A stretch of DNA of 64,000 nt from Octopus vulgaris (Eukaryota): NCBI GenBank assembly GCA_951406725.2, contig OX597840.1, positions 38,316,001 to 38,380,000 of the forward strand, read 5' to 3'. A program made the position numbers and the translations under genes. Below are positions 1 to 12,983 of this stretch, one piece after another (positions within the stretch are counted from its first letter, which is position 1; each line of letters starts with the position of its first letter). The notes under the pieces are model-generated. The model had not been told where the DNA came from. It was given only the letters and a program-made list of their open reading frames with translations, and searched no databases.

Positions 1-247
1 ACACACACATACACACACACACACACACACACGCACACAAAAACACACACAGACACACAGAGACACACACACACACACACCTCCACAGAATGATCATAGA
101 AAGTGTGACCCCAAATGACATTTGCCAGGCCAACCTATGCACAACACACACTCAGTGACATTGAAATGGACAGCCAAAGTTCTTATAAAACCACAGGGGG
201 TCCAGCAGACCAACGGAAATAACACTTCTTCACTCTCAGATATAAAT

Positions 248-325
<78 letters not shown>

Positions 326-527
326 ACATATTTTCTCTCTGTCTCACTTCCTCCTCACCCACTACTACGAAACTATAAAAAGGTTCAAACTACCCACAAC
401 TGATTTGATTTGAAAACCCACTAGAATGGGAGCAAGCGCTAATCCGAATGATATGATATATATGTAAAAAATGTAATATATAAATAAATATCTACAAATA
501 TGAACCATCTGATCTGATTACCTCAAT

Positions 528-636
<109 letters not shown>

Positions 637-660
637 CTATATATATATGTATATATAAAG

Positions 661-2280
661 GGACAACAAGAACCAAGGCAGGACGAGTATCTCAAAGCAT
701 TTAGAATATTTAATTAGAGGAAGGTGAATTTGAATTGATTATTGGATGTATTAAAACTAGCCGTTTCCACAACTAACTCACGCAAAACTGACAGCTGCAA
801 TTGCCGGTCTGGTACCGTATGCCCGCTGCAAGCCAACCTCTGGCGACTTAACGTGGTATATAAATTGATTGGCCGCAATATATTGTACATTTCTACAAGC
901 CATTACGTCGGGTCTACTATTAATTTGAAAGGAAGATATTCGGCATATCTGAATTCATTTAAATATGAGGAGCATCGCAAATCCACGTCCCTAGCCAACC
1001 ACATACACCCTGTGGTAAATAAGAAAATATCATATAGGGTATCCTGAGCCATAATAAATTCTGGAGTCCCATACCAAGGCCAACTTTCCACGTGTGAACT
1101 CTGTCTGAATGAATCCCTTCAAATATTAATTTGTAATTCAGCATAATTACTCAATAAACCACACGAAGCCTTCTCTACCTGTAAGCATAAATTCTGTCGC
1201 ACCTTTAGATTCTTCCGTAAGTCCGAATGCAAGCAAAATAAATACACATAACACTTGCCTATATGCCTCCACGGTCGTTACAATATACGTACGTTTTTCC
1301 ATTTCTTCTCTATTAGCAGAAGTATCTTAGAAGCTAATTAACTACAATAATCATGTTTTTAATTATTAGTTTTAAATTTAAATTTTTAATCTTATAGATT
1401 AAAAATTAATTTCTAATTTTTAATACTTTAATTTTTATACTTTATCCATTTTTTATCCTTTATGTAGCCCCTTAAACTAAACATCTATTCTTAATTGTCC
1501 CTACACATCACTGAACTAAATTTTCGTTCTGGCCATACCAAACCTACAATTCCTCTGTTTAACTGATAGACATAAATACCTTCCTCCTCTATTTTACCAA
1601 AACCTTAATACCTGACCTCTCACACTGAACCAATCCTTACGAAGAATAATATTGGCATTTTATTTTTATCTTTATTTTTCACTTTTTTTAATTTTATTTT
1701 CCTTTCGCTCTCATTCATTCTTTCCCACACCTATCTCCTCCTTTTCTTTTCCCTCTTTCTCCTTTCTCTTCTATTCATTCACTCACAACCCATATCTGTC
1801 TTTCTCACTCTCTTTTTACCCAGGTGGACCTTTTTCATACAAGCTAATCATTTAATTCTATTCCTTCAACACAAACCCAATATTCAAACTACTGCCAAAA
1901 AATGCCTGGATTTCCCTGGGATTATACCTAAGGGCCTATATCTTCACTGAAGTACGTACCAAACTCCACAACCTCTGAAAGAGCTGCGAACTTTATTCTC
2001 CTCTCTGTATTCTTCTACCTACACTTTTCCTCTTTATTCTTCTATCTACTATTTTATTCCTCTCTAAACTGCAAATGTCCCGTCTAGATCTTTCAGACAT
2101 TCTCACCTTGTCTCTTAAAAGGGAATACCCAGTGTATGGAGATCCTATCCTATCACTTCGGATATAGCAGAATCAGTCTTAAGACATGCAATAATTAATT
2201 AGTTACTTCAAATTCACCATACTCTAATTAGATGTTAGAAATGACACGAGATACTCGTCCTGTCTTGGTTTTTGTTGTCC
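661..2280 (+). mobile_element. 5'-truncated Penelope-like retroelement (Naiad-type GIY-YIG endonuclease remnant) with an inverted copy of its 3' end at the 5' side
   Basis: About 790-1230 reads CNCRSGTVCPL..VVYK..YVGST..LKGRY..NSF..STSLANHI..VS*AII..PY..CELCLNE..LLNK..E..CKH, i.e. GIY-YIG with a CxCx5C linker and internal stops. 661-743 is an imperfect reverse complement of 2191-2280. Abuts (TA)n at 535-635. Confidence 0.8.
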
Positions 2281-2565
2281 TGGATATACGGCTTGATTTA
2301 AAAATAAAATAAATTAAGAATTCACAATTACAGTGAACTATATATATACGTTATGCAATTTTAATCATGCAGTATATTCATTAAGTGTTTATTTGGCCAA
2401 ATTTGTTTAAATATTTTATCTGAACATACTCTCTTATACATTTGGAATATCTCTAATTTAATTACCCCAATTTTACGGAATCTTAATTATAATTACATAT
2501 ATATGTGTGTGTGTATTTGTTAGTGTGCGTAAGTGTATGTGCGTGCGCGTTTGTATATATGTTTG

Positions 2566-2980
2566 TACTCTTTTACTCTTTTACTTGTTTCAGTCATTTG
2601 ACTGCGGCCATCCTGGAGCACCGCCTTTAGTCGAGCAAATCGACCCCGGGACTTATTCTTTGTAAGCCCAGTACTTATTCTATCGGTCTCTTTTGCCGAA
2701 CCGCTAATTGACGGGGACGTAAACACACCAGCATCGGTTGTCAAGCGATGTTTGGGAGAGAAACACCGACACACACACACACACACACATACATACATAT
2801 ATATATATATATACATATATACGACAAGCGTCTTTCAGTTTCCGTCTACCAAATCCACTCACAAAGCATTGGTCGGCCCGGGGCTATAGCAGAAGACACT
2901 TGCCCAAGATGCCACGCAGTGGGACTGAACCCGGAACCATGTAGTTGGTTAGCAAGCTACTTACCACACAGCCACTCCAG
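2566..2980 (-). mobile_element. tRNA-derived SINE, family A (octopus OK-like)
   Basis: Reverse complement of the copy at 24027-24476: head GGAGTGGCTGTGTGGTAAG..GGTTCAGTCC, internal (TA)/(TG) tract, GTAAAAGA-repeat tail. Confidence 0.85.
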
Positions 2981-3234
2981 TGTACCCCACCTATGCATGT
3001 CTATCTATTCGTGAGGAAATTTGATTGCGAAGTGGACGAGTTCTGCGGAAGGAAACTTCTAGTTTCAACGGAAGGGAAGGGAATACAACGAGAACAGCAG
3101 AGAGCAATGTGACACACATAAGACATCTACTGCATTCGTCTCGTTTCACAGGCGTCCTGCTCTGGTCTTGCAATTCGATTGGAAATCCTCAAGGTCGTGC
3201 TGCAGATGGGTGGCATCTCTTCTTTACTTTAAAC

Positions 3235-3800
3235 CAACGGTTGTAATCCGAGATCGATATGGAACCTGAGGGTCCATGTATAATGTTGGGGTCCATACAA
3301 GCAACATAGGTAAGTGGTAAATCAAAATAATATTGTAAAGGCCATTGAAAACGGTTTGCTTTACATGTATATATTAGTGTGTATTGTAAGAAGCTGCTGG
3401 GTTTCTTAAACAATTTAAATAGTTTAACCCTTTAGTTTTAAACTGGCCATATCCGGCCCAAATATTCTGTATGTTTTATATTCAAACTGGTGATATCTAG
3501 CCTCTCACACCTAACATACATTGATATTCTAAAAATAAACAATCACATCATTGAAACCTCAAAGCTATAAGATAATGCATGATTAATTCAAGACAATTTG
3601 AGTGAAAAAGTATTACATTTAACAGAGCAATCTGAATACTAAAGGTTTAACCTACACAAGGTAATGTGTGAGAAACAAAATAGAAATTTTGAAAGAGGTA
3701 TCTGTAGACGTAGTTTCTAAACATGGAATGGCTTTAAGTTCTATTAGAATAAAATAGTAATGAAATGGGTCCATAGATGAAGAATGGTTGAGAATCCCTG
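3235..3800. mobile_element. hAT-type MITE carrying a nested piggyBac-type MITE
   Basis: Degenerate termini CAACGGTTGT../..TGGTTGAGAATCCCTG, repeated GGGTCCAT subterminal motifs, and 8-bp flanks CTTTAAAC/ATTTAAAG (6/8 match). Confidence 0.55.
3428..3646. mobile_element. piggyBac-type MITE
   Basis: TTAA on both sides (3424-3427, 3647-3650) and terminal inverted repeat CCCTTTAG../..CTAAAGG. Confidence 0.7.
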
Positions 3801-4094
3801 ATTTAAAGAAAGTCGTAGCAGAAGTCATAAATCATCGTTAATGTTACCCAGATGGTCCTCGTCACGATGACAGAAGAATATTTATATATTCGCATACCCA
3901 CATTCCTTGTTGCCATTATCTGTAAGATCTCATATTTTATATGAACGAATAACAACAGATGAAAGCATAATTGAAAATATATTCTGAAAGCCGCAGATAA
4001 AAAGTTTATTGAAATGATTGAAATATAACTGAATTTTGTTCATGAATGTTGTCCACGTGAAATATATGTCTGTACAATTACGTTTGTGCGTTTA

Positions 4095-5512
4095 TTTTCT
4101 TATTTGTTACTGACCACAAGGAGCTAAACGCAGAGGGGACAAACCAGGACGCACAAACGGATTAAGTCGATTACATCGAACCCAGTGCGTAACCGTAACT
4201 GGTACTTATTTAATCGTTCCCGAAAGGATGAAAGGCATAGTCGACCTCGGCGGAATTTGAACTCAGAACGTAGCGGCAGACGAAATACGGCTACGCATTT
4301 CGCCCTGCGTGCTAACGTTTCTTATTTCTTTACTCCCCACAAGGGGCTACACACAGAGGGGACAAACAAGGACGGACAAACGGATTAAGTCCATTACTTC
4401 GACATCAGTGCGTAACTGCTACTTAATTTTATCGACCCCGAAGGGATGAAAGGTAAAGTCGACTTTGGCAGAATTTGAACTCAGAACGTAGCGGCAGACG
4501 AAATACCTATTTCTTTACTACCCACAAGGAGCTAAACACAGAGAGGACAAACAAGGGAAGAGAAACATATTAAGTCGATTATATCGACCCCAGTTCGAAA
4601 CTAGTACTTATTTAATCGATACCGAAAGGATGAAAGGCAAAGTGGACCTCGGCGGGACATGAAATCAGAACGTAGCGGCAGACGAAATACCTATTTCTTT
4701 ACTACCCTCAAGGGGCTAAACACAGAGGGGACAAACAAGTACAGACAATGGAATTAAGTCGATTATATCGAACCCAGTGCGTAACTGGTACTTATTTAAT
4801 CGTTCCCGAAAGGATGAAAGGCATAGTCGACCTCGGCGGAATTTGAACTCAGAACGTAGCGGCAGACGAAATACGGCTACGCATTTCGCCCTGCGTGCTA
4901 ACGTTTCTTATTTCTTTACTACCCACAAGGGGCTACACACAGAGGGGACAAACAAGGACGGACAAACGGATTAAGTCCATTACTTCGACATCAGTGCGTA
5001 ACTGCTACTTAATTTTATCGACCCCGAAGGGATGAAAGGTAAAGTCGACCTTGGCAGAATTTGAACTCAGAACGTAGCGGCAGACGAAATACCTATTTCT
5101 TTACTACCCACAAGGAGCTAAACACAGAGAGGACAAACAAGGGAAGAGAAACATATTAAGTCGATTATATCGACCCCAGTTCGAAACTAGTACTTATTTA
5201 ATCGATACCGAAAGGATGAAAGGCAAAGTGGACCTCGGCAGAACATGAAATCAGAACGTAGCGGCAGACGAAATACCTATTTCTTTACTACCCTCAAGGG
5301 GCTAAACACAGAGGGGACAAACAAGTACAGACAATGGAATTAAGTCGATTATATCGAACCCAGTGCGTAACTGGTACTTATTTAATCAACCCCGAAAGGA
5401 TGAAAGGCAAAGTCGACCTCCGTGGAATTTGAACTCAGAACGAAGCGGCAGACGAAGTGATGTTAAGCATTTCGCCCGATGTGCTAACGTTTCTGCCAGC
5501 TCGCCGCCTTCT
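4095..5512 (-). repeat. Tandem array of tRNA-derived SINE family C units with a 586-bp higher-order duplication
   Basis: About 7 units of 175-235 bp sharing CCCCGAAAGGATGAAAGGCAAAGTCGACCTCGGCGGAATTTGAACTCAGAAC. Diagnostic variants recur at a 586-bp offset (4381 vs 4967). SINE head (CTGCCAGCTCGCCGCC) near 5495-5510. Confidence 0.85.
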
Positions 5513-6372
5513 ATGTGTACTTTTCTGTCGTTATGTTACATCTAAGTCTGTGTAATAGATAAAAGTGAAGATGCGCGTCTTAGTGGGCAGGGTATTGGGG
5601 TAAAAATCGTAAGGACGTCAGTTCGACCCCAGGCGGCGTGTTGGGCCCTTGGGCAAGGCGGTTTATACCACGGTGCTTTTGTACACTCAGCTGGGAGAAA
5701 TGAATAGCCTCTGTAATTGAAACATCAACCCGATGAAGAAGCCGCAGCTTATGATTCTCATCTCTCTCAGCATTATTTGTTGTAATTCATCCGGCAATGC
5801 AATATATGCGTCCATACATGGAAAGAAGCATGCAAACATTCACATGTGTACACATATACAGAATGGAAGAGCACTATACACCGACTGATTAATTACAGAA
5901 ATACCTGTATAGAGAGGCAGATACATAAATGTATACATGCGTAAGCATAAGCATACATGCATACACATACATGTACAACTTACTGCGTGAATGCATGTAA
6001 CTGAGACGTTGATATATAGTAAATATATATTTGATACGCTTTTTATATATGTATTTATATAATATTTAAGTATATATATATATATATATAGGGAGAGAGA
6101 GAGAGATGCATGTATATATGTATATACATATAAACATGTAATAAATATTAAAATGAATTCTAATTATAAAAATTTTGAAGCACGAACGCGGAAAAGTGTG
6201 TACACACACACATATATACATACATACATACATATATTTATATATGTATGCATAAATTCTTATATATATATATATATATACACATATATATAATATATAT
6301 TTATATATATATATAATATATATATATATGCATATATATATTTATATATGAATATATGTATGCATACATTCA

Positions 6373-6428
<56 letters not shown>

Positions 6429-7265
6429 TATATTCAAATAAATATATAATACATATATGTATACATATATATATATACACGTATATTTGTATGTATATAC
6501 ATATACATACACATATATATGTATGTATATGACTGTAATTAATCAGCTGGTGAATATTACACGACTATTGTATAACGCATACAATACACTTTTGAATACC
6601 AGCAAAGCTAATGATTGGAATATCTTTTGTTCTGTATTTATTTCGAATTTGTTAATTAATGATTAAATAAAGGCATATAAAAGAAACAATAAAACAAATA
6701 GAGAAATCTTTAAAATAATAAATTATCTAAAGAAGCCATTTTATTGGTGAAATCAATTGCATTTTTAAAAGAACATTATACTAATTAAATTTTAGACTTC
6801 TATGTAAAATCCAGAATTAATTACATAAGTGTTTATATAGTGGACGAAATTCTAGTTACATATACAGAAAATACACGAACAGACACAGAAATACACACAC
6901 ATACATACACGTATTATAACGCATATGAATGCATATATATGTTTGTATACATATATAAATATATGTATGCTTGTATAGGCATTCATATCTGCTTACATAC
7001 ATATATGCTCACGGACGTGTATTGATACATACACACACGCGTATATCTGATATACACATACATGCAATGTTTTTATGTGTGGTAGCTTTTCTTTGGTCAA
7101 TCCGCCATTTTCCATCATTCTATGACACAATACAGCATATTTTAGAAGATAATGTCAACGACGACTATTGAATGACAAATATTAGCGAGCGACACCGCGC
7201 CATGTTATATAATAATCCAATGAGATTCTCATCTTTATGATTCCATTACTTCCAAACCAGTGTTG

Positions 7266-7720
7266 TGGAGGCACGTGGCCTAGTGGTTAAAGCAGCGGAC
7301 TCGCGGTCGAGGGATCGCGGGTTCGAATCTCAGACCGGGTGAAGTATGTGTTTATGAGCGAAACACCTAAGCTCTACGTGGCATCGGCAGAAGGTAATGT
7401 CGAACGTCTGCTAACTCTTTCGCCACACCTTTCTCTCAATCTTTCCTCCTGCATCTTGCAGCTCACCTGCGACGGACCGGCGTCTCGTCCAGGTGGGGAA
7501 ACTATACGCCAAAGAAACCGGGAAACAGGCCCTTATGAGCCAGGCGTAGCACGAGAAGGAACAAACATATATCTATGTATGTATGTGTGGAGGTTCATGG
7601 TCTAGTGGTTAGAGCAGCGGACTCGCGATCGAGGGATCGCAAGTTCAAATATCAGACCAGGCGAATATCAGAAACCGGCCCTTATGAGCCAGGCTTGGCT
7701 CGAGAAGGTACAAACAACAT
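7266..7720 (+). mobile_element. Composite insertion of two family-B tRNA-derived SINEs (one full, one internally deleted) inside one 12-bp target-site duplication (TSD)
   Basis: tRNA-like heads TGGCCTAGTGGTT..GGTTCGAATC at about 7276 and again at about 7598. AAACCAGTGTTG is duplicated at 7254-7265 and 7721-7732. Confidence 0.8.
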
Positions 7721-8133
7721 AAACCAGTGTTGCTATGATCCATTTTTTCTTACTACGAAATGAGGCAACAATCTTATGACCCTGTTTCATTATTGCAAGG
7801 TTAAGAGGTGGAGAAGACGATATGGTTAAAAATTAAAAACAAGATTCAGTTCTTCTACGCGACACTTTCGACAAGTCTTTTCTACTATTTCCCCGGACTA
7901 ACCAATTTCCTATGACAGAATATGTTTGACAGAAACGTTAGCACGCCGGGCGAAATACTTAGCGGTGAATTTAAATAGCTGATTAAAATTGCATTTCTCG
8001 GGTGTCTCAGAACGCATTTAAGAAAAGTATTACAATGTCACGCACACGCACAGAAATTTGCACACATACACACACATGAGAGAAGATATATAAATTTAAA
8101 ATATAAGGACATAGGTGTCCATGCATACACGCG

Positions 8134-8196
<63 letters not shown>

Positions 8197-8200
8197 GTAT

Positions 8201-8531
8201 ATACAAAATTTAGAGGATTGACCGCTAAAAGTGGACAGCCTGTATGCTAGATATAGACGTCAAATCGCCATTTTCCACGGAGAATGTGTTCTCAAGAAAA
8301 AAATTCAACAAAAAGGACAAAGCGTAAAAATAAGCAAGACAAATGAAAATATACGAAATAAAAAACGATTACGTATGTACTAATTACTTTCACTTGTTAA
8401 TAATTTACGTATATGAATACTGTCTTGCTTATTTTCACGCTTTGGTTTTTGCTGAATTTTTTTCTTGAGAACACATTCTCCGTGGAAAATGGCTGTCCAC
8501 GCTTTAGTGGTTAGTCCTCTAAATTTTGTAT
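8201..8531. repeat. Fold-back element between (TA)n tracts
   Basis: Arms ATACAAAATTTAGAGGA..GTGGACAGCC..GCCATTTTCCACGGAGAATGTGTTCTCAAGAAAA..AAGCAAGACA (8201-8341) pair with 8421-8531; (TA)n at about 8136-8185 and 8607-8650. Confidence 0.8.
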
Positions 8532-8603
8532 GTAAAAAAAAATTTAATCTTCGAAATTTTTAAAGATGCTAGGCCAATTAATATCAATTTCTACCCTTAT
8601 TTA

Positions 8604-8658
<55 letters not shown>

Positions 8659-9491
8659 TACGCATGCATATATATATATATAATATGAAATAAAATGCAT
8701 AACACACACAAATACACACACACATGCATACAAACATAAACACGTATATACATTTATATTTTGTGCTTTACGTGTTTCAGTTCAATTTAGGATTGTGGCC
8801 ATGCTGAGGCACCTACTAGAAGGGTTATGTACAACATATCGCCCACAGTAATTATTTAAGCCCGACGAAATTTCTCCCCTCCTGTTTTGCCGAATCGCTA
8901 AATTACATGGACGGAAAGAGAGAAACCCCGGTTGTCAAGTGATTTCGGCGGATAAATAAATACATCACAATGATAAAGAGAAGTATTTTATAAATCCTTT
9001 CCATCGGAATTTACAAAAGTGACACGAGGGCCATGAGGTTCTTGCAATGATTCTTACCAAACTCCCGGTGCTTGCGTCATTTCGGATGATTTCTACCGTT
9101 TTAAATAACAACAATGAATGTAAATGCGTATGTATGTGCCTGTGTGTATATATATACTTCTCTTTGTGTGAGTGTGCATACATATATACACATATAGATT
9201 GAACTGTGTGTAAAAAGTGTGCGTATTGAATGTATGAAAATATCGATGACGTCACTATAGCTGAAGACGTCAGGAGTTTGTGACATGCCTTTTCAGACAC
9301 AAGTGAAACACCATGAGTAAGTACCGGCATGTTTGCCTTCGCTTCCTCCAAAATTTACAACACTTCATATGTTCCAGGAATGTAAAACGGGTCGGTCGAG
9401 GGTCATTGACGTTTACATCGTTTCTCTCGTTTCTATAACCTTTCATATCGCTTTCATTGTCAATATTATCAAGATTGTATATCAGCATGGA

Positions 9492-9576
<85 letters not shown>

Positions 9577-9870
9577 GCTGTTGTTGTTGCTGTTGTTGTT
9601 GCTGTTGTTGTTATTATTATTATTATTATCTTTTTTCCCCTCTTCTTTCAAATTTGCTTCCATTTCTTGCCGGGTGTCTTCCCGCCTCCTAGGGCAAAGA
9701 AACTCATAGTATACATTGGTAGGCCATTAAACTAAACTCACTAGTTCGTTCATTTTTTTTTTTTAAGTTAAAGTTCTCACACCGACAATGCTCTTCTCAA
9801 TACGTGTGATGTACCAGTTAAGAAAATTATTATTATTATTATTATTATTATAATTATTATCATTATTATT

Positions 9871-10152
9871 AGCTGGTAGAATCGTTAGCACGCCTGGCGA
9901 AAACTGCATTGCGTTATTTCGGCTTTCGCTACGCCGTGAGTTCAAATTCCACCGTGATCGACTTATCCTTTGTTCCTTTAGGGATTGATAAATCAAGTAT
10001 CAGTGTAACATTGTGTTCGAATAAATCGTTTTACCTCACCCCCAAATCTGCTGCCTTTGTGACAAAATTTATTATCATTATTATTATTATTATTATCATC
10101 ATCATCATCATCATCATCCTCATCATCATCATCATCATCATCATCATCAGTA

Positions 10153-10196
<44 letters not shown>

Positions 10197-10424
10197 ATTA
10201 TTATTATTATTAGCTGGTAGAATCGTTAGCACGCCTGGCGAAAAATGCATTGCGTTATTTCAGCTTTCGCTACGTCGTGAGTTCAAATTCCACCGTGATC
10301 GACTTATCCTATGTTCCTTTAGGGATCGATAAATCAAGTATCAGTGTAACATTGGGTTCGAATACATCGATTTACCCCCACCCCCAAATCTGCTGCCCTT
10401 GTGACAAAATTTGAAACTATCATT

Positions 10425-10468
<44 letters not shown>

Positions 10469-10860
10469 CATTCATTACCATTATTATTATTACTATTATT
10501 ATTATTATTATTATCATCATCATCGATAGAATAATCACCAGTTGAGTAATGGGCTTCGGTGTAATCAACATTGCACCACCTCTGAAATCGCTGAACTTGT
10601 GCTAAAATTTGAAAACATTATCATTATTATTTTTATTATTACTATACAACGGCAATCTGGTTGAATAGTTATCACGCTGGACGAAATGCTTAGAGGTTTT
10701 TCGCCCGTCGCTACGCTCTGAGTTCAAATTCTGCCGAGGTCGACTTTGCCTTTCATGCTCTTGGTGTCGATAAATTAAATTTCAGTTGAGTATTAGTGTC
10801 GATCTAATTAAATTGTCACCTCCCCCAAAATTTCGATACTTGTACCTGGAGTAGAAAAGA
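9871..10860 (+). repeat. Family-C SINE copies in an (ATT)n/(ATC)n tract, including a 341-bp tandem duplication
   Basis: AGCTGGTAGAATCGTTAGCACGCCTGGCGAAA at 9871 and 10212 with near-identical downstream sequence; a more diverged third copy at about 10650-10860. Confidence 0.75.
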
Positions 10861-11517
10861 TTATTATTATTATTATTATCATTATTATTATTATTATTAT
10901 TGCTTTTGCACAGCTGCTATCGCTGGAGATGTACTACGGTGTTACCTGTTCACTACCTGTGAACTAAGGTAACACCTCTTTTTTTTCGAGCACCTTCCGG
11001 TGTATTCGAGCGATTTCAAGCGATACAAATCGTAGTGACACAGACGTTGTTATTGCATGGAGCTGATTCCCGAGTGTAATGTATAATCGTTAAGTGTCTT
11101 AGCATTTCTCACTTATAAATTTTTTGCCCACTCTAGTTTTTCATGTAGATGTGATCTGGGCTTTAGCAAGTCAACCGTGAAGATCGCGGACCTTTCTTCC
11201 TCCCATCCTTTAGCGGCCGATAAAATACGTAGCAGTGAAACACTGGGGGCGATCTAATCGACTAGACCATTCCGCCAAATTCCAGGTTTCTTACTTTAGT
11301 AGAAAATATGACCATTATTATAATTGTTGTTGTTGTTGTTGTTGTGATTACCACCTATAAGAGTTTAGTTGGTGCCATCGTAAAGTACTTATTTCAGATT
11401 GGTTCTTAACGTACCGACTTCGTACAGATTCATTACAAAATCGGATTTTGCAACAGCAAGAATTACTCCAGTCAAAGACCAAAGAAGATCACAATCGTTC
11501 ACACGCACAGAAGCACA

Positions 11518-11575
<58 letters not shown>

Positions 11576-12427
11576 TTCAATTACACACATATACACATAC
11601 ACACGAAGAAAAAATTCACTCAGAAGCGCGCGCTATATAAAATTATAAGAGCAGTTCCTTAATAAATTAATTTGACAAAGTCGGGAACGGAGCACCCACA
11701 TAAACAAGTTGCTACGCACCGGGGCCAAACGTAACACTTCGTGGCTGCGCAGCAAAGTTTTCCATAGATATCTGCTAGTACCATCTCCTATATTTTCAAC
11801 CATAGCGTTTAGTAGGAAATCACATTTGAAATTCTCCTTCCGTTTATGACGATTGGTTGAGACTGTTGAAGATCATAAACTGTTTTCTTAAAAGTAGGTG
11901 TAAGACGGAGAAATCTCCTTGTACGCTGTAGGATAACTCTCAAACATATCTGCTTGGTTTCCTCTGTTTGGAATAAATAAATTTGAGAAGAATATGGCAA
12001 AGGTTGATATTAAGAATTTATAGCCATTATTATGCATGATAATAACCATATTTTTACCTGGTTCTTTTTAAGTTCGAAGGCAATGTTTATAAGGATCGGA
12101 TGAATTATACACGCTTAATTTTTTAGTTTTAAAATTGTCTCTGATTTGCAAAAACCCTCTGTAAATGTAATTATAATAAACTGAAACGATGTGACTTAGC
12201 TAAACATTGTAAGCATTAGGATTTGCCCCCGTAATGAAACAACACCAAAAGATAAGTAGAATTCATAAGAAAAGATCAGTTATAATTAGACTGGCAGATT
12301 TCGACTGCGTTATTAATTTTACAGTCGAGAGTCACAGGAAGGGAATAGTGTGAACACTCCTGATTGGTGCTTCCACAAGCAAATAATGAATTATAGATTG
12401 AGAGGGAATAAGAAATGAAAGGCAGAG

Positions 12428-12501
<74 letters not shown>

Positions 12502-12928
12502 GACAGGCAGACAGAAAAGAAATGGAAGAAAAAATGGGGAGAAACTGTCCACTATACTTCTCTATGGATCCCGAATGAATGTTAGGCTTACAGAATTCTG
12601 AAGAATGTGAACACAGAATGCATTGTGTATAAGAATCCACTACTTTGTATATGTGTCCGAGAGTCTCAAACGAATTTGGCAAATGTTTGGGCCAAATAAT
12701 AAGATTATTTAAAATGTCTAAGAATATAAATCCATTGTTACCTATCAGAAGAATTATAAATAACTTAAAGAGTTGCAATGCGGTTTGGAATATCTATTGT
12801 TATATTAGTAATTTCGAATTTGTAATTTATAGAAAATTTGTAGTGTGTGACGACCGTGTGTATATATTAACACTGATATACATACGTACTTATAACATGC
12901 ATACATACAAAGGTAAACATATATGCAT

Positions 12929-12983
<55 letters not shown>

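Noticed and set aside
1045-1047. In-frame TGA as selenocysteine in the Naiad-like endonuclease
   Set aside because: It falls where Trp is expected (W-x-I motif), and a TAA follows downstream, so it is ordinary decay.
3152-3309. Exon-like segment (TTTCACAG .. AG/GTAAGT)
   Set aside because: Stops in all three frames, and its 3' half lies within a hAT-type MITE; a non-coding exon cannot be excluded but is unsupported.
4095-5512. CRISPR-like or tandem small-gene array (three similar ORFs MRNWYLFNR..)
   Set aside because: The units are SINE bodies with no unique spacers, there are no cas genes and the context is eukaryotic; the ORFs are antisense reads of the repeat.
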